Shown here: positions 10,704-25,546 of the stretch, one piece after another
How positions within the stretch are numbered: the first letter of the stretch is position 1
Layout of the letters: every line of letters starts with the position of its first letter
Assembly (NCBI GenBank): GCA_964255285.1
Contig: CAXUUL010000100.1
Location: 1 to 32,642, forward strand
From: Ionaspis alba
Taxonomy: Eukaryota
Direction: 5' to 3'
Length of the DNA: 32,642 bases
The notes under the pieces: model-generated
Databases searched by the model: none
What the model was told of the DNA's origin: nothing
Seen by the model: only the letters and a program-made list of their open reading frames with translations
Made by a program: the position numbers and the translations under genes

Positions 10704-10834
10704 ACTACTGTCGATTTTGAGTTCGAAGTAATGATACCTACCTGGCCTACAACACGCAGCCAACCTCCATACTTTTGAAATGCTGTGTCTCGAAAACGCC
10801 GTCCTACCGTCTAAGCTCCCATCTACTCCGGTAT

Positions 10835-11529
10835 TCAAAGCATCTTTCCCTCTCCCCAACCCTTCCTCTTTACCCCCAACTCTACTGCCGCACTCCCCCA
10901 GTCCTCCCCATGACAATGGCCCTTCCCGTCCACACCCGCCCTTGCCAGCGCCTGCTCCTCGCTCAACACAGTCAGGAGCCCAAATACAACCGGCACCCCG
11001 CTATCCAACTGCACACGCATAAGCCCATGGCTGACCGCATCCGCAATATACTCAAAATGCATCGTCTCGCCCTTGATCAGGACCCCAATCGCAATAATCG
11101 CATCAAACGGCGCCGTCGATCCCGCCTTCTTACTTTCCTCCCCGCCCTCAGTCCCTGTGGATGTAGATGTCAAATCAGTCACCGAGCCTCCCATAAGCAG
11201 ATCCCCTGCGCTCAGACCGCCGGCCGCGGTCGTGGCTTGCACTTGTGACGCGGCGTAGATGCGGGCGACGGCATAGGGGAGCTCGTAGCTGCCGGGGACG
11301 GATTGTAGGACTATGTTTTCCGGCCGGACGCCGGAGGCGAGGAGAGTGCGTTTGGCGCCGGCGATTAGGGCGTCGATTATTGGGGTGTTCCAGCGGGCGT
11401 GCACTATGGCGATGCGAAGAGCGGATCCTAGGATTATGGATTTTCAGCAAAGGGCGGAGGGGGTCATTGGAAGGGGGTACGGGTACCGTCATGGTTTTGG
11501 CTCGAGCCGGGACCTTTGAGTGTTGCCAT
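10835..11529 (-). CDS. RIB4: 6,7-dimethyl-8-ribityllumazine synthase
   Basis: Exons 11529-11487 and 11427-10835. Contains LRIAIVHARWN, VPGSYELP, IAIGVLIKGETMHFEYI, PVVFGLLTV and HGEDWGSAAVE. Confidence 0.97.
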
Positions 11530-11710
11530 TGCTTCAACCTTCAGGCAAAGTTTTATCTAGGGAGGATCAGGCGTGAGGCTACGAATGAGAAGTGCTCTAC
11601 TGCAAGGTTCGGTTTTCGGATATTCACTTAGGAATGTACGAGGAGCTATAGTAACTGCAAACGAGTATCTAGGCTTCCAACTGCTTGCAACGTACACAAT
11701 AGATGAAAAC

Positions 11711-11810
11711 NNNNNNNNNNNNNNNNNNNNNNNNNNNNNNNNNNNNNNNNNNNNNNNNNNNNNNNNNNNNNNNNNNNNNNNNNNNNNNNNNNNNNNNNNN
11801 NNNNNNNNNN
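11711..11810. other. Assembly gap (100 N) with duplicated 55-bp flanks
   Basis: 11656-11710 is identical to 11811-11865. Confidence 0.95.
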
Positions 11811-11985
11811 TGCAAACGAGTATCTAGGCTTCCAACTGCTTGCAACGTACACAATAGATGAAAACTTTGTCCAAGCTCGACATCGCAGGTTTCGTCAACA
11901 ATACGAAGACAACAACGCCAAGGCTAATGCTTCTTCTCAGTTCCAACCAACAACACAATAGCCAGATCCTCCAAACAATCTTCAA

Positions 11986-13625
11986 CTATATAACGTTGTG
12001 CTCTCCGTGCTGTTGAGCAGTGGGATGTCCGGCCGTAGCCGCAGAAGACGGCCCAGGGGTGTGCTGTGGGGCTGCAGCTGGTATTCCTCCGGCATACGCT
12101 TGTGGATTGTACACAGTATGACCAAAGTTTTCAAGCGCATATCTTGGGCCTTCTTGTGGTTGGACAGAGCCTTCAGGGCGCGCATCTGTCAAAGTGTACT
12201 TCGGTTGAAGCTCGTATCCATTCTCTGCTTCAGCGTGCTCCGATGAGGATGAAGACCAGTAGTCATCATTGTTTCCCCGTCTGCCCCTTTGCTCCGTAGG
12301 AGCTGAGTAAGGACTCGCACGGGGACGAGAATCGTATGCGGTGGTATATTGTGATGGCGGAGCTCCACGAGGCATTGCTGCAAATTCTTGTTGCCGAATT
12401 CGCTCCGATTCCGAGATCTGCTGACGGAATACATTCTGTCCTGATGGCCCAGCCTCATCATGCACAGGTGGTGCAGAATACATGGTCTTGGCGCCCTCCT
12501 CGTCGAGTCTTGTGGCAGGATTCCTCATCGGCTCGATACCCTGATCTCTTGCCATTTCTCGCTCTTCGCGTGCTGAGCTCGGGCCAGTAGGTAGGGTACC
12601 CCAGCTTCGAATAGGATATGCTCGGCCTTTGCGCCATGGCTCACTGACTGGTGGGAAGTACTGGCGATAAGCGCAGAAAGCAGTGAGAACTCCTAACAAG
12701 CTCCCAGTAATCACATCAAATGGATGATGGCGAGCGTCCATAATCCGGGACACAGCAATCAAGGCAGCTCCGAGAGTGGGAGCCAGTACGATGAAATTCT
12801 TCCATACCTCTCCTCGGTTATCAAGGACATGAAGTTTCCCGGCTAGGTAAAGCGAGAGGTAGAAAAGCCCCCCGAAAGACGCTAGATATAACTGTCAGTA
12901 GAAGTCGTGATTAACGAGCCTGGTCGCCTTATACTCACAACTGCTATGACCGGAAGGGAAGCTCCGAAACCCATCCTTTAAAATGGCATGGTCTGTCTGG
13001 GTGCAGATTGTGCTGTTGGATAGGCCAAACACCGGCAGATCTGCACTACCTGCCAGTGGCTGGCAGCGATCAATCACATCTGGTCGAGGTTTTCCCGTAG
13101 CATTCTTCAAAGCGCCAGTGATTACGAACGCGGTGCCTGAAGCAAGAACAAGGCCTAGTATACCACAATTGAGCTCCCAAAGCCTGTCCTTAAATCTGAA
13201 AGTCCCTTTGTGATGCGAGAAGAATCGTCCATCGATCAGGAGGGTGTAGACCGCGATGATTGCAGCTGGTACCAGAACCACAAGGAAGAACAGCAGTGGT
13301 ACGGGCACACGCTCTTTCGTTGCGAATGGATATTGTAGGGTGTAGTTGTTGAGGGAGAAGTGCTGGTGGAACGGCTCGATAGCGTCGAGTGCCCAGAAAG
13401 CGATGAAAAGGAGTCTAGAGACCAGGTTAGGTACTGTCCGTGCGTCTATGTTGGTATGAGCGGTGACTGACATGATAATGACATAGTCCACGATATAGCT
13501 AGATACGGTCAGTGAAGATCTTCAATTGTCCTATCGTAATTCTGAGCTTACGAGATGACCACTCTTGCAGGGAGGTTCTTCTTCGAGAAAGGCAGCTTCC
13601 GCGGAATGCTGTAGTTGTTCATCAT
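11986..13625 (-). CDS. PAP2-family lipid phosphate / diacylglycerol pyrophosphate phosphatase (DPP1/LPP1-like) with long disordered C-terminal tail
   Basis: Four exons, including a 27-nt exon at 13498-13472. All three PAP2 motifs present: KNATGKPRP, SFPSGHSS and SRIMDARHHPFDV. Confidence 0.92.
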
Positions 13626-14690
13626 GGACGACACAGTGAGGCCTCTCGCAACGGTCAATGAACAGTAAACGGTTGCCAAGCAGAATGCAATGTAGTGTGG
13701 AGTTCGGCTGGCGTTGACGCTGACGTTGTTGGAGTGCGGAGGGAGAGTTGATCGAAAGCTTGGTGAAAGCTTAAGTGAAACAAGTGGCTGTGCCACTTCT
13801 TGGCTAGCGGCCTATACTTAGAACAGGGACTCAGCTACTCCGTACCTATCTCTCAGTCTCCTTGAACATACTACGAGTCTCCCAGGAGTTTAGTACTTAT
13901 TGTGTGGCTTAGAGTAGGATACTCTACGCCACAAGAGAGAGTGGAGCATATCCTCAATCCTTTCATTCCACAAAGTTGTGGAGCAGCTTTCTTCTCCTTC
14001 CTGTCTATGGATCTCCATGACACATAAGCTTCTATCCTTAGATCAGAGTCTGTGACCAACTTGCGGACCCCGTCTTCCTTTGAATCCATAATCACGAGTC
14101 TCAATCTTCGAATTTTGAATGATATTCCAATGAGACACAGAGACGGAAAATCCTATCGTGGCTGTCAAGATATATATGATGAGCTCGGTCGAATCAGACT
14201 ACTCCAGGCTCAAATCTGAGAATCACGATTCCGAATGACAGTATACCTCGTGGCTGAGGATGCACGGTATCGTGCAAGAGCGACATGCCATTGGATTAAG
14301 CCAGCTGCAAAATTGTTGTCACACTCGTGCATCTCGTCCAAAATTGGACTCAGTATTGTAAGACTTGCGCTCTGCAAACATGGAGCAGATCTTGCAAGAG
14401 GTTTCCTACTTTCGTCTTCTTGACCGACTTTCAATCTTTGTAAGTCCAGAACTCGTATACAAAATTCTATTGAAGTTCTGTCTCCTTGGATCTGAATGCG
14501 TGAGCTGTGCTGGGTCTGAGAGTGATGCACTGCGTGTCCCCATGCCTATTTCTCCTGACGACGAAACGCGTGTAGTCGTGGCGGACCAAACCCTCAAGCT
14601 GGGCTAGCATTTCTTTGTTTATCCTCATTGCTACGTCCATCATCACAGCTATCATCTCAACACTTAAGAAATTGACTTTAGCTTACAAAA

Positions 14691-16102
14691 ATGAACGTAG
14701 ACTCGGCAGAGGCTGTGCTGTCGTCGCAGATAAAGGTCTGGCTGCGTCTTCTAAAACTCAACGACTCTACTTACTGTTTCCACAGGACCTCAATGCGATC
14801 TTAGCTGTGTTGCCAGATCGCGGAGCTTCAGCAGCAGTGTCAGACGGGCGCATTGCTCTGACTCGCTATAGAGATGAGCTTGTCGACAGGTTACAGGTCC
14901 TTCGTGGTGCACCCACGGAACCAACCATTGCTCGTGCGGTCGACAAAGACACCATGGTTGTGCAGCAAGAGGGGGCTGAAGAAAACAATGGCGTTGGTCA
15001 CTGCACTGTATCTCTTGGCGTGGTGAACGAAGAAAGCCACCAGATCCACGGACGAGGGTTGGGAACGGGACCAGCGAGCAACTTTCCTGATCGAGGTTTT
15101 GATATAGCAGATTTGGCCGAGCGTGTCATGTATCGTCTAATAACGACAAACAGCGATACTCCACCTGTTATCGATCTCACACCTAGGCCACCATTCAACC
15201 TTGGAGAAGTACTCCTTCAGCTGCGTGCTGCAAGCCGTGAGGATAGCATAATTGGACTCAAGAAGAGTTGTGTCGTTTGCGAAGAGCCTGTCGAGTATTT
15301 CACTGCTGTGTACGCTCCTTGTGGACACGATTATTGCCATGTATGCATCAAAGAGTACTTCTACAAAGCCGCTCAAGACGAGTCGCTCTATCCTCCTTCC
15401 TGTTGTGGAGAAATTATTCCGATGGATTTGGCTGAGGTCTTCTTCACTAACGAGTTTATTGCATATTTTGAAGCAAAGGCAGTCGAATGGAGCTCCTCAA
15501 ACCGTACCTACTGTGCACGAAAGACTTGTGGAGCTTTTGTTCCACCCACAGATATCGAGGGCGACGTTGCGATCTGCACTAATTGCGGCTTTTACACGTG
15601 CACTTTCTGCAAAGAGCAGAATCACGAAGGTCGAGACTGTCCGAACGATGAGGCTTTGCAAAACCTCATCGAGACTGCTCGGCTTGTTGGCTGGCAGCGC
15701 TGTAATCGCTGTAAACGTTTTGTCGAGCTGACTCAGGGATGCAATCACATCTAGTACGTATCATCCCAGGTTGCAGATACCATGTTCTAACGAAAAAATC
15801 TAGCTGCCCTTGTGGTGAAGAATTCTGCTACGTTTGTGCCAGGAGATGGAGGACCTGCACTTGCCCGCACTGGGACGAAGAACGGTTGATCAGACCGATC
15901 CACGAAGCCCCCAACCAACAGCCTATTCCCCTTGGCCAGGCTCAAGCCCCAGATGCTGACCCACACGGGCCGCCTCCTTTCGAAGGACCCGATTTCCGCA
16001 TGCTACTTCCCGCAGAGGATGATGATCCTGATGTTCCGCTTGAACCTGCGTTTGAAGTTCCTGCTGAGCCTGGACGTGCACCTCATATTCAGGATGACAA
16101 CG
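14691..16102 (+). CDS. RBR (RING-IBR-RING) E3 ubiquitin ligase; 3' end lost in the gap
   Basis: ATG 14691 in CAAAAATG context. Exons 14691-14735, 14786-15753 and 15804->16102. RING1 CVVC..PCGHDYCHVC..PPSCC; IBR RTYCARKTC..CTNC..CTFC..H..C; RING2 CNRC..ELTQGCNHIYCPCGEEFCYVC..WRTCTC. Confidence 0.9.
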
Positions 16103-16202
16103 NNNNNNNNNNNNNNNNNNNNNNNNNNNNNNNNNNNNNNNNNNNNNNNNNNNNNNNNNNNNNNNNNNNNNNNNNNNNNNNNNNNNNNNNNNNNNNNNNN
16201 NN
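16103..16202. other. Assembly gap (100 N)
   Basis: Run of Ns with non-duplicated flanks. Confidence 0.95.
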
Positions 16203-17342
16203 ATACTGACTTCTCTACCTGGTGCTTTTGTTTGTTCACACCAAGCCGATAGGCAGTAGACTAGGATCAGATGCTTAGGGTTGATTTAAAAATGCTAGGG
16301 TATAACCCCAGAACTGCGGGAACATGTGGGAATTCAGCGCATAGAATTCTGTAGTGCTGATCGAGAAGTTCTCTATGTTGTCTGTTACACTGGTAGCCTC
16401 TGCGTGACACAGAAGAAGAAGCGTCATAATGATGCGACTTGAGACCTTTGTTGCCTTGACAGGTATGTTCGAATAAAATTCTCACGAATGCAAGTACCAA
16501 GCGTCCCTTTACTCGATAGTGCCACCGAGTCCATCTGGTATTCCATAATGTTCATGATTAAGAGCAACTTGTTTCGCCTAACGGAACCTTGTAGAGCAGA
16601 TATTGGCAAACTATGGAATTTGTCAAATTTGAAGATCCAGAACGTCTTCTTGGTATACTGAGACCCTGAAGTCGTCACTCGACATTAACTCAGCTTCCAG
16701 GTGTGCTTCGAGCCGTCATTCGGTCGTCATATCACCTTTGCTTACATGCACTCCGCTTTCAATCACCAACCGCAACTCGCTATCTTATACCATTTATTTG
16801 CAAAACGTCATTCTCTGGAATCCCTTCTCCTCAAGGTGTTCTCGTCGTCACATCGCCCGATTACAAAGACTGCAACTCTGACTAAGTTGCGGAACTGACT
16901 GTTTCCTATCCCGCTTTCGCCCTTGGCCAAGACGTTCGCTAACACTCGGCATGCGTCAAACTTATTCATATCAGGTAATGGTCAAGATCGACGAGTCGAA
17001 ATCTGCGCAAAAGTCTCGTCTACGATACCAGTATCGGTTAGAGCGGTGTACGGGAAACCCTCGCTTCAGCCGCTTGCAAATACGCCGCTCTGCTAGTGTG
17101 TATTCGGTCCGGTGGGGCCATGTTCTGCGATTGATTCTTCTCCCTGCCTACATATATTGCTGTCTTTCACCATGGATATTTTAATATTCAGTTTCCTCCA
17201 CTTCTTCATCATCGACGAGTTCGTCTCACATTCTAAGCCCTTCAATGTTCTCCAAGTCTTAAGCTACCGAGATAAACACGGATAGATATTTGGAACGACC
17301 TTACCAATTTAGTCCTTGCCAGTCGACCTTCAGATTATCAAA

Positions 17343-19086
17343 ATGCAGCTATCTCGTGCCAATAGTAGAACTTGTCCATATCCCGACCCAGATCCAGGAA
17401 CGGAAGAGACAGAAGAACAGCGTGTTGAACGGCTGGGTAGAGAACGGCCAGCACAGTTCAAGTCATTATGGGCGGAGATTCTGTTTGTGTACTCGATTCT
17501 AGCGTCACAATTCATGGCAGTAAGTTCTTAATATCACAAAATCAAAATGCAAAGTCTGACATGTTATGTAGGAATACTTCGTCTCTGGCTTTAACGTCAT
17601 CCTCCCAACCCTGATCGTGGATCTCGACATCCCCCAAGCAGCAGCAGTTTGGCCCGCAGGAGCGTTCGCCCTTGTCACATCGGCATTCCTGTTACCCTTC
17701 GGTCGTCTCGCTGACATGTACGGAGGCTACCCCGTCTATCTCTTTGGCCTGGCTTGGTTCTTTGTCTGGTCCCTGATTGCTGGATTCTCGACCAACGAGC
17801 TGATGCTAGATTTCTGTCGTGCTCTAGCGGGCCTTGGGACGGCTGCCTTCTTGCCCGCTGGCGTCTTACTGATGGGCAACATCTATCGACCGGGACCGCG
17901 GAAGAATCTCGTATTCAGCCTCTACGGCGGCTCGGCGCCTTTGGGATTCTTCTTCGGGGTATTCATTGCGGGTTTGACTGGTCAATTCCTGCCTTTTGGT
18001 TGGTACTTCTGGATCGGAGCCGTATTGGTGTTCACTACTGTCATTGCGGCTTATTTGACAGTGCCGTCGGACGTGCAGGAACACAAGAAAATGAGGGTGG
18101 AGATGGATTGGCTGGGATCGGTAACGATTGTTTCGGGATTGATTCTGCTTGTCTTCGCCATTACTGATAGCTCTGGTGCACCGGATGGGTGGAGGACACC
18201 CTATGTCATTGTTACGCTCATCTTCGGGATCCTGCTCCTTGGAGGCGCATTTTACATTGAAGGCTGGGTTGCCAAAGCTCCGCTGATTCCATTCGACCTG
18301 TTCAAAGTCCCTTATATCAAACCGCTTTTTGTTAGCCTGTTCTTCTCCTACGGTTGCCTTGGCATCTTCCTTCTCTACGCAACTTTGTTTATGCAGGACA
18401 TTTTGGGGGCAACTCCCTTACAGGTCTCAGCATGGTATGTGCCTATGTGTGTCGGAGGAGTCTTCATTTCTGTCGCTGGTGGCTACGTGCTCCACCGTAT
18501 CTCTGGCACGCTATTGATACTGATAGCCGGGATGGGTTGGATCATCACCTCGATACTCTTTGCTGTGGCACCTGATGGAGCAAACTATTGGGCCTATATC
18601 TTCCCGTCGATGATCTGCGCCACCATTGGCATCGACATCCTATTTAACGTGGCCAATATCTTTATCACAACGAATCTCTCATCCAAAAAGCAAGGGCTCG
18701 CGGGAGCGCTGATCAACAGCCTCCTGTATATAGGCATTGCCTTCCTCATAGCCTTTGCAGACGTGGTGCAGACACAAACCAGGGATCTGGGATTGAAGAA
18801 GAGCTATCAAGCCGTCTTCTGGTATCAGCTCGCTTGCGCTGGAACGGCGTTTGTGATCATGGGGGCATTCGTGAGGATTCGGAAAGCAAAGAGTGCTTTG
18901 ACATTTGATGAGAAGGAAGCACTAGAGATACAGGAACGGGGATCTCGAGAGGCATTGGAGAAGCAGGAGCTCGAAGCCAAGGAACGAGGAGCTGATGAAG
19001 GGATAGAAAACGAGGCTCCTGTAGCGACAGCGTCGAACCAAGCTGTCAGATCAGAAACAGTAGACATAGACAAGGCGCGTACGTAA
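17343..19086 (+). CDS. MFS drug:H+ antiporter (DHA2/Atr1-like, about 14 TM)
   Basis: Exons 17343-17519 and 17572-19086. Contains motif A (FGRLADMYGGY), YRPGPRKNLVFSLYG, MDWLG and many hydrophobic segments. Confidence 0.93.
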
Positions 19087-19962
19087 GGATTTACATAGAT
19101 AAGGATGTGATAATGAGATACACGAGGTCACGACGTCACAACATGTTCTCGTACTTCACCTACTCTTAACACATTTTTCCCTTACAATTGCTGGATCACT
19201 GAGTGACGTCTGAGGCTGGTGGAAGTCGCATGGCTATTGTGCCTAACCCCATGTTGTTGACAGCAAGGCTGCTGGAATCCATAGATCAACAATGGTTAGA
19301 TTAACAGGTTCCTAGTTTTAATGATCTTAGCTCCCTGCTAATCATATCGACTTGCTCCCGAACCAAGGTTTTGTTTATCGGTTGTGCCGGGCGGTCTCCT
19401 CGTCCCGCGGTCCACGAACCCAGCCCCGCCATTTCCTTCCCGCCTCGCCTTATGTTGCAGCAACCAAGAACCTGTCGTGGCCATACAAATGAGTGCCAAC
19501 CTGGCATCCTCCGCATGCTCATACGTACAATCCTGCACAATACGCACACCGTCTCTTTGCTTCTTGCTCCTCGTATCCTTCCTTTTCTCCTCGTTATCCC
19601 ATCAGCTTGGAACGTGGAAATTGTCACATTCTGGCCGCCAAACAACCATTGTATTTTCTTAGCGAATCGTTAGACTGTTACCAAAAGATCGCAGATCTTA
19701 CCTTATCGACGGAAAAACGACCGGGCATTAGCATACGTTGGAATCGGTTCCACGGCTCTACCTTTGCCTTGTCCCAGGTTTCGCAAGACGTGTCGCAAAC
19801 AGGGCCCGCCATCTGCTAACATATATTGCTTCACTTTGGACATTCGATCGCAACTTCACCTGACGGACATATCTTCGTGCGACTTCCTGAATTCAAAGTC
19901 CACACAGATCATAACGACCACATCGGCGCAGTAGCCGCCATTTCCCATCCACAACAGCCACC

Positions 19963-20780
19963 ATGCTTTCATCAATCATGTTCTCGCTCTTCCGCTTTCT
20001 GGAGCTCATTACCCTGATTCCAATCATTGGAATGCTGGTAAGTCATGTTTCCAGGCCTCAAGCAAGAAAGCAGCGTACCAATATCGTGGAAATTAGGCAT
20101 ACTTCGTCAACATCTTCGTCAACGCCAATCAACTGACCCCAAACTTCATCCTGTAAGCCCAGCACTCTTCCCTTTGAAAAGCAAAACGACTGATATACCT
20201 CTTCCATCAGTGTCCTCTTCATAGTCTCCGTCCTCGCAGGTGTCTGGGCCCTCATAACCGGTATCCGTCGTGACTCTGTCCGGCGATCCGCCGCCTTCGT
20301 CGCCTTCATCGACATCTGCTTCGTAGGCGCTTTCATCGGAGCCGTCTACGAGCTGCGCTTCATCGCCAAGCAGAACTGCATCAGCAGTTCCGGCGGCTTT
20401 ACCGGCGACAATGGAGTCGATACCAATGGCAACACCATCACCATTGGCTCGCCCTCCATCTCCTACACGCCATTCACAGTGGATGCGAACAAGACGTGCA
20501 CGATGCTCAAGGCGTCGTTTGCATTCGGAATCATGAATATTATCTTTTTCTTCTCCTCGGCCTTTTGGGCGCTTATGATGCATCGGCATGAGAAGACGGT
20601 TGTGGTGGAGAAGTCGTCGTATAGGCGGCGAAGCCATGATTCGAGGTGAGTTTCTATGTTTGGGAGTGGGAGATGTTTGGAATGTGGGCTAATCCTTTTG
20701 GAATTAGGCGAGGACATTCTTCTCACGGTGGCACACGCCGCACCCATTCTCGAGACAGCAGGCGCAACTACTATGTCTAA
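19963..20780 (+). CDS. Small four-TM MARVEL-like membrane protein with basic S/R/H-rich tail (not in the ORF track)
   Basis: Exons 19963-20037, 20097-20152, 20211-20645 and 20708-20780, all GT-AG and in frame. Product MLSSIMFSLFRFLELITLIPIIGMLAYFV...FVAFIDICFVGAFIGAVYELR...NKTCTMLKASFAFGIMN...SRRNYYV*. Confidence 0.85.
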
Positions 20781-21531
20781 GCTGGGAGCACGGGGATTCG
20801 GAAAGCGTGTGAAAATTGGTGGGGGCGTTAGGAAGGCTTGAGGGACTTGGTCTCGCCTGGGTGCTGGATGGGATATAGCGCACGTGGTGGGCGATATATT
20901 GACGACACAATTCTTTAAACGTCTCTGACGTTGTTCATACGATACCATCTTTTGGGGCAGCGAGAGCGTTCTTTGACAATGGGGAGATAGCTGAGGAAGA
21001 TAGTGTCCTAGCAATGTATGTAGACGGAGCTGGTGGGACACTTGACTTTCATTGCCAATGAAATATGACCAGTAGTACAACTCCAAATTCATTCGTACAG
21101 ATGGGAACATATCGTAATAAGTCCTTACTGCTGAAATCGGTTCCCTTCAAACATGTCATACAAAATTGGAGGTTGTTTAAGACATGACCGACCATGAGAA
21201 GAGCAGAAATTTGGGTTAGCAGCGCCGGACAGCGAGCAGAAGGGAACGAAGAGCAATGCGGGTGTCTCGAAGACGGGAGCATACTACTACACCAGAGGAG
21301 CCTACGTTTAGTGAACGAAGCATAGAAAGAGCAAAAAATGGCTCATGCATCGTTTCCTTTGACAATCACAAATTCACGAAACTCTTACGTCTATCAACCC
21401 ATTCATCCTCTCATCATCCATGCTCGCAAACAAAAATACCCACCGCCTCTAAGCCAGCTTTTTGCCTTGACCATCCACACCAGCGCCTTTCCCTTCACTT
21501 CCAAAGCCATGCCTAAGCGTCCACAAGCCGC

Positions 21532-23943
<2,412 letters not shown>

Positions 23944-24825
23944 GTTTGCTGCTCGGCTTGTTCTGGGACTAGTACAACAAGGCGTTTACTGCAATGGATT
24001 GTAAAATGTGGCCTTGGACAATGCAATACAGAACGAACGGGAAAGAAATGTCTTGTGAAGAAGAAACAATCTGCAAGATAGTGGGAGCTCTGGAGAGTAG
24101 AGATGTGGAACTGACGTGGGGTCTTTAAATGTTGACTTGCAGGTTTGGTGGTGTGAGCGGGAGAAATTCAAGGGGAGCTTGGTGCTCGGTTGGCGTTGTG
24201 CTACGCAGTCAGCGCTTGAAGGGCTGCCCTTCAGGCTGTTGGCCGGCGAGCCCCTTTTACATGGTCAAGAGCTACAATTTTGGCATCATGGATCCTGTCG
24301 ATCCAAATTCAGCTACAATCCAATGAGGCGCAGCCAAGTAAGTGTCTTAAAGCTCAACTGTTACAGGTACGAGAGGGCAACGGTGGAATGGATCCTTCTA
24401 GGAGAGCGTCGTCTGGATGATCAAAGCTGCTGCAAGCAATGCATTTTTCCCCTTAGCCAAACTCTTGGGATCTGCTCAATGCAGGCAGCCCTGCTTAAAA
24501 TAACTGCACGCTATTGGGGCATCCTGGCACTAGACGTTTTCGTTCCTTGAGCTACGCCGGAATAGTTCCTCCACTCTTACAACCGCATTTTGCATTTGCT
24601 TTTTTTCGTCATCGTCCTCAGCATCAGATATTTTTGATTATTCGCAGACTTCGGTGGTGCAGTCACTAAAACCTCCATGTATTCTCTCATTTGTCTCGTC
24701 GTCAGCATTAGTTAGGAAGAAAAAGCTTCACCGGTACCAAATTCTACTCTAATCCCCTCCAGGGAAAACACGAGTACCCCTCACAGCAACTACCATCTCT
24801 CCAATCTAGTCGCATACTACTTCCG

Positions 24826-25546
24826 ATGCCTCCCACCGTTATACTTATACGACATGCACAGGCCTTGCACAACGTAAACGATATGTCTCTCTGGCATCTA
24901 GGGCGGTTCGCTTTCAATTGATATCGTGATACAGGATTACAGCATTCGGGACGGAAGCCTTACGGGACTCGGTTTCCAACAATGCAAGGCCCTGCAAGAT
25001 CATCTGCAGAAGCACCTCGAAATAAGCCAGCAGGTGGAGCTCATCGTCGTTAGTCCGATGAGAAGAACACTACAGACCTGCGAGGCAAGCCTTCAATGGC
25101 TGATCGAACGTGGTGTACCTGTGCAACCGAGAGGAGAATGGCAGGAAACCTCGGGCTGCCCTTGTGATATAGGGACGGAAGTCGATACTCTAGCGAAAGA
25201 ATTCCCTGCCTTCAGCTTCGATACGGTTTTCCCGGAATGGCCAGCCAAAACTGGTCGCTGGGCATGTGCCCAAGAAGCCGTCATACAACGCGGAATCGAC
25301 TGTCGCCGATGGTTGAAGTCAAGACCAGAAAGGGTTATTGCGGTGGTCTCCCACGTAGGTTTCCTCGGAGCCGCTGTCAGTCGCAAACGATACAGTAACG
25401 CGGATTACCGTGTCTTTGATTTTGCAAACGACGGGGGCGATGAGCTGATAGAGTGGAAGTTGACAGAAGAGAGGGGTGGCGGGATGGGTAGAAGTGAGAA
25501 AGGCACATTCTACGCTGATGAAGGCACGTTTTATGCCGACGTATAA
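24826..25546 (+). CDS. Histidine phosphatase / phosphoglycerate mutase-like protein
   Basis: MPPTVILIRHAQALHN, VSPMRRTLQT, EWQE..PCDIG and IAVVSHVGFL. One intron, either 24874-24934 (GT-AG) or 24881-24932 (AT-AC). Confidence 0.88.

Noticed and set aside
11115..11250. Low-complexity insertion in lumazine synthase
   Set aside because: Such a loop insertion is usual for filamentous ascomycete Rib4.
11656..11865. Second 55-bp direct repeat flanking an N gap
   Set aside because: Same assembly artefact.
15752..15754. Apparent premature TAG in RING2 of the RBR ligase
   Set aside because: The TAG spans the TA|GTACGT splice donor. Removing intron 15754-15803 restores CNHIYCPC.
23944..24825. Searched for a glmS-type ribozyme or riboswitch upstream of GFA1 (and upstream of RIB4)
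   Set aside because: No matching consensus was seen; glmS and FMN elements are bacterial.
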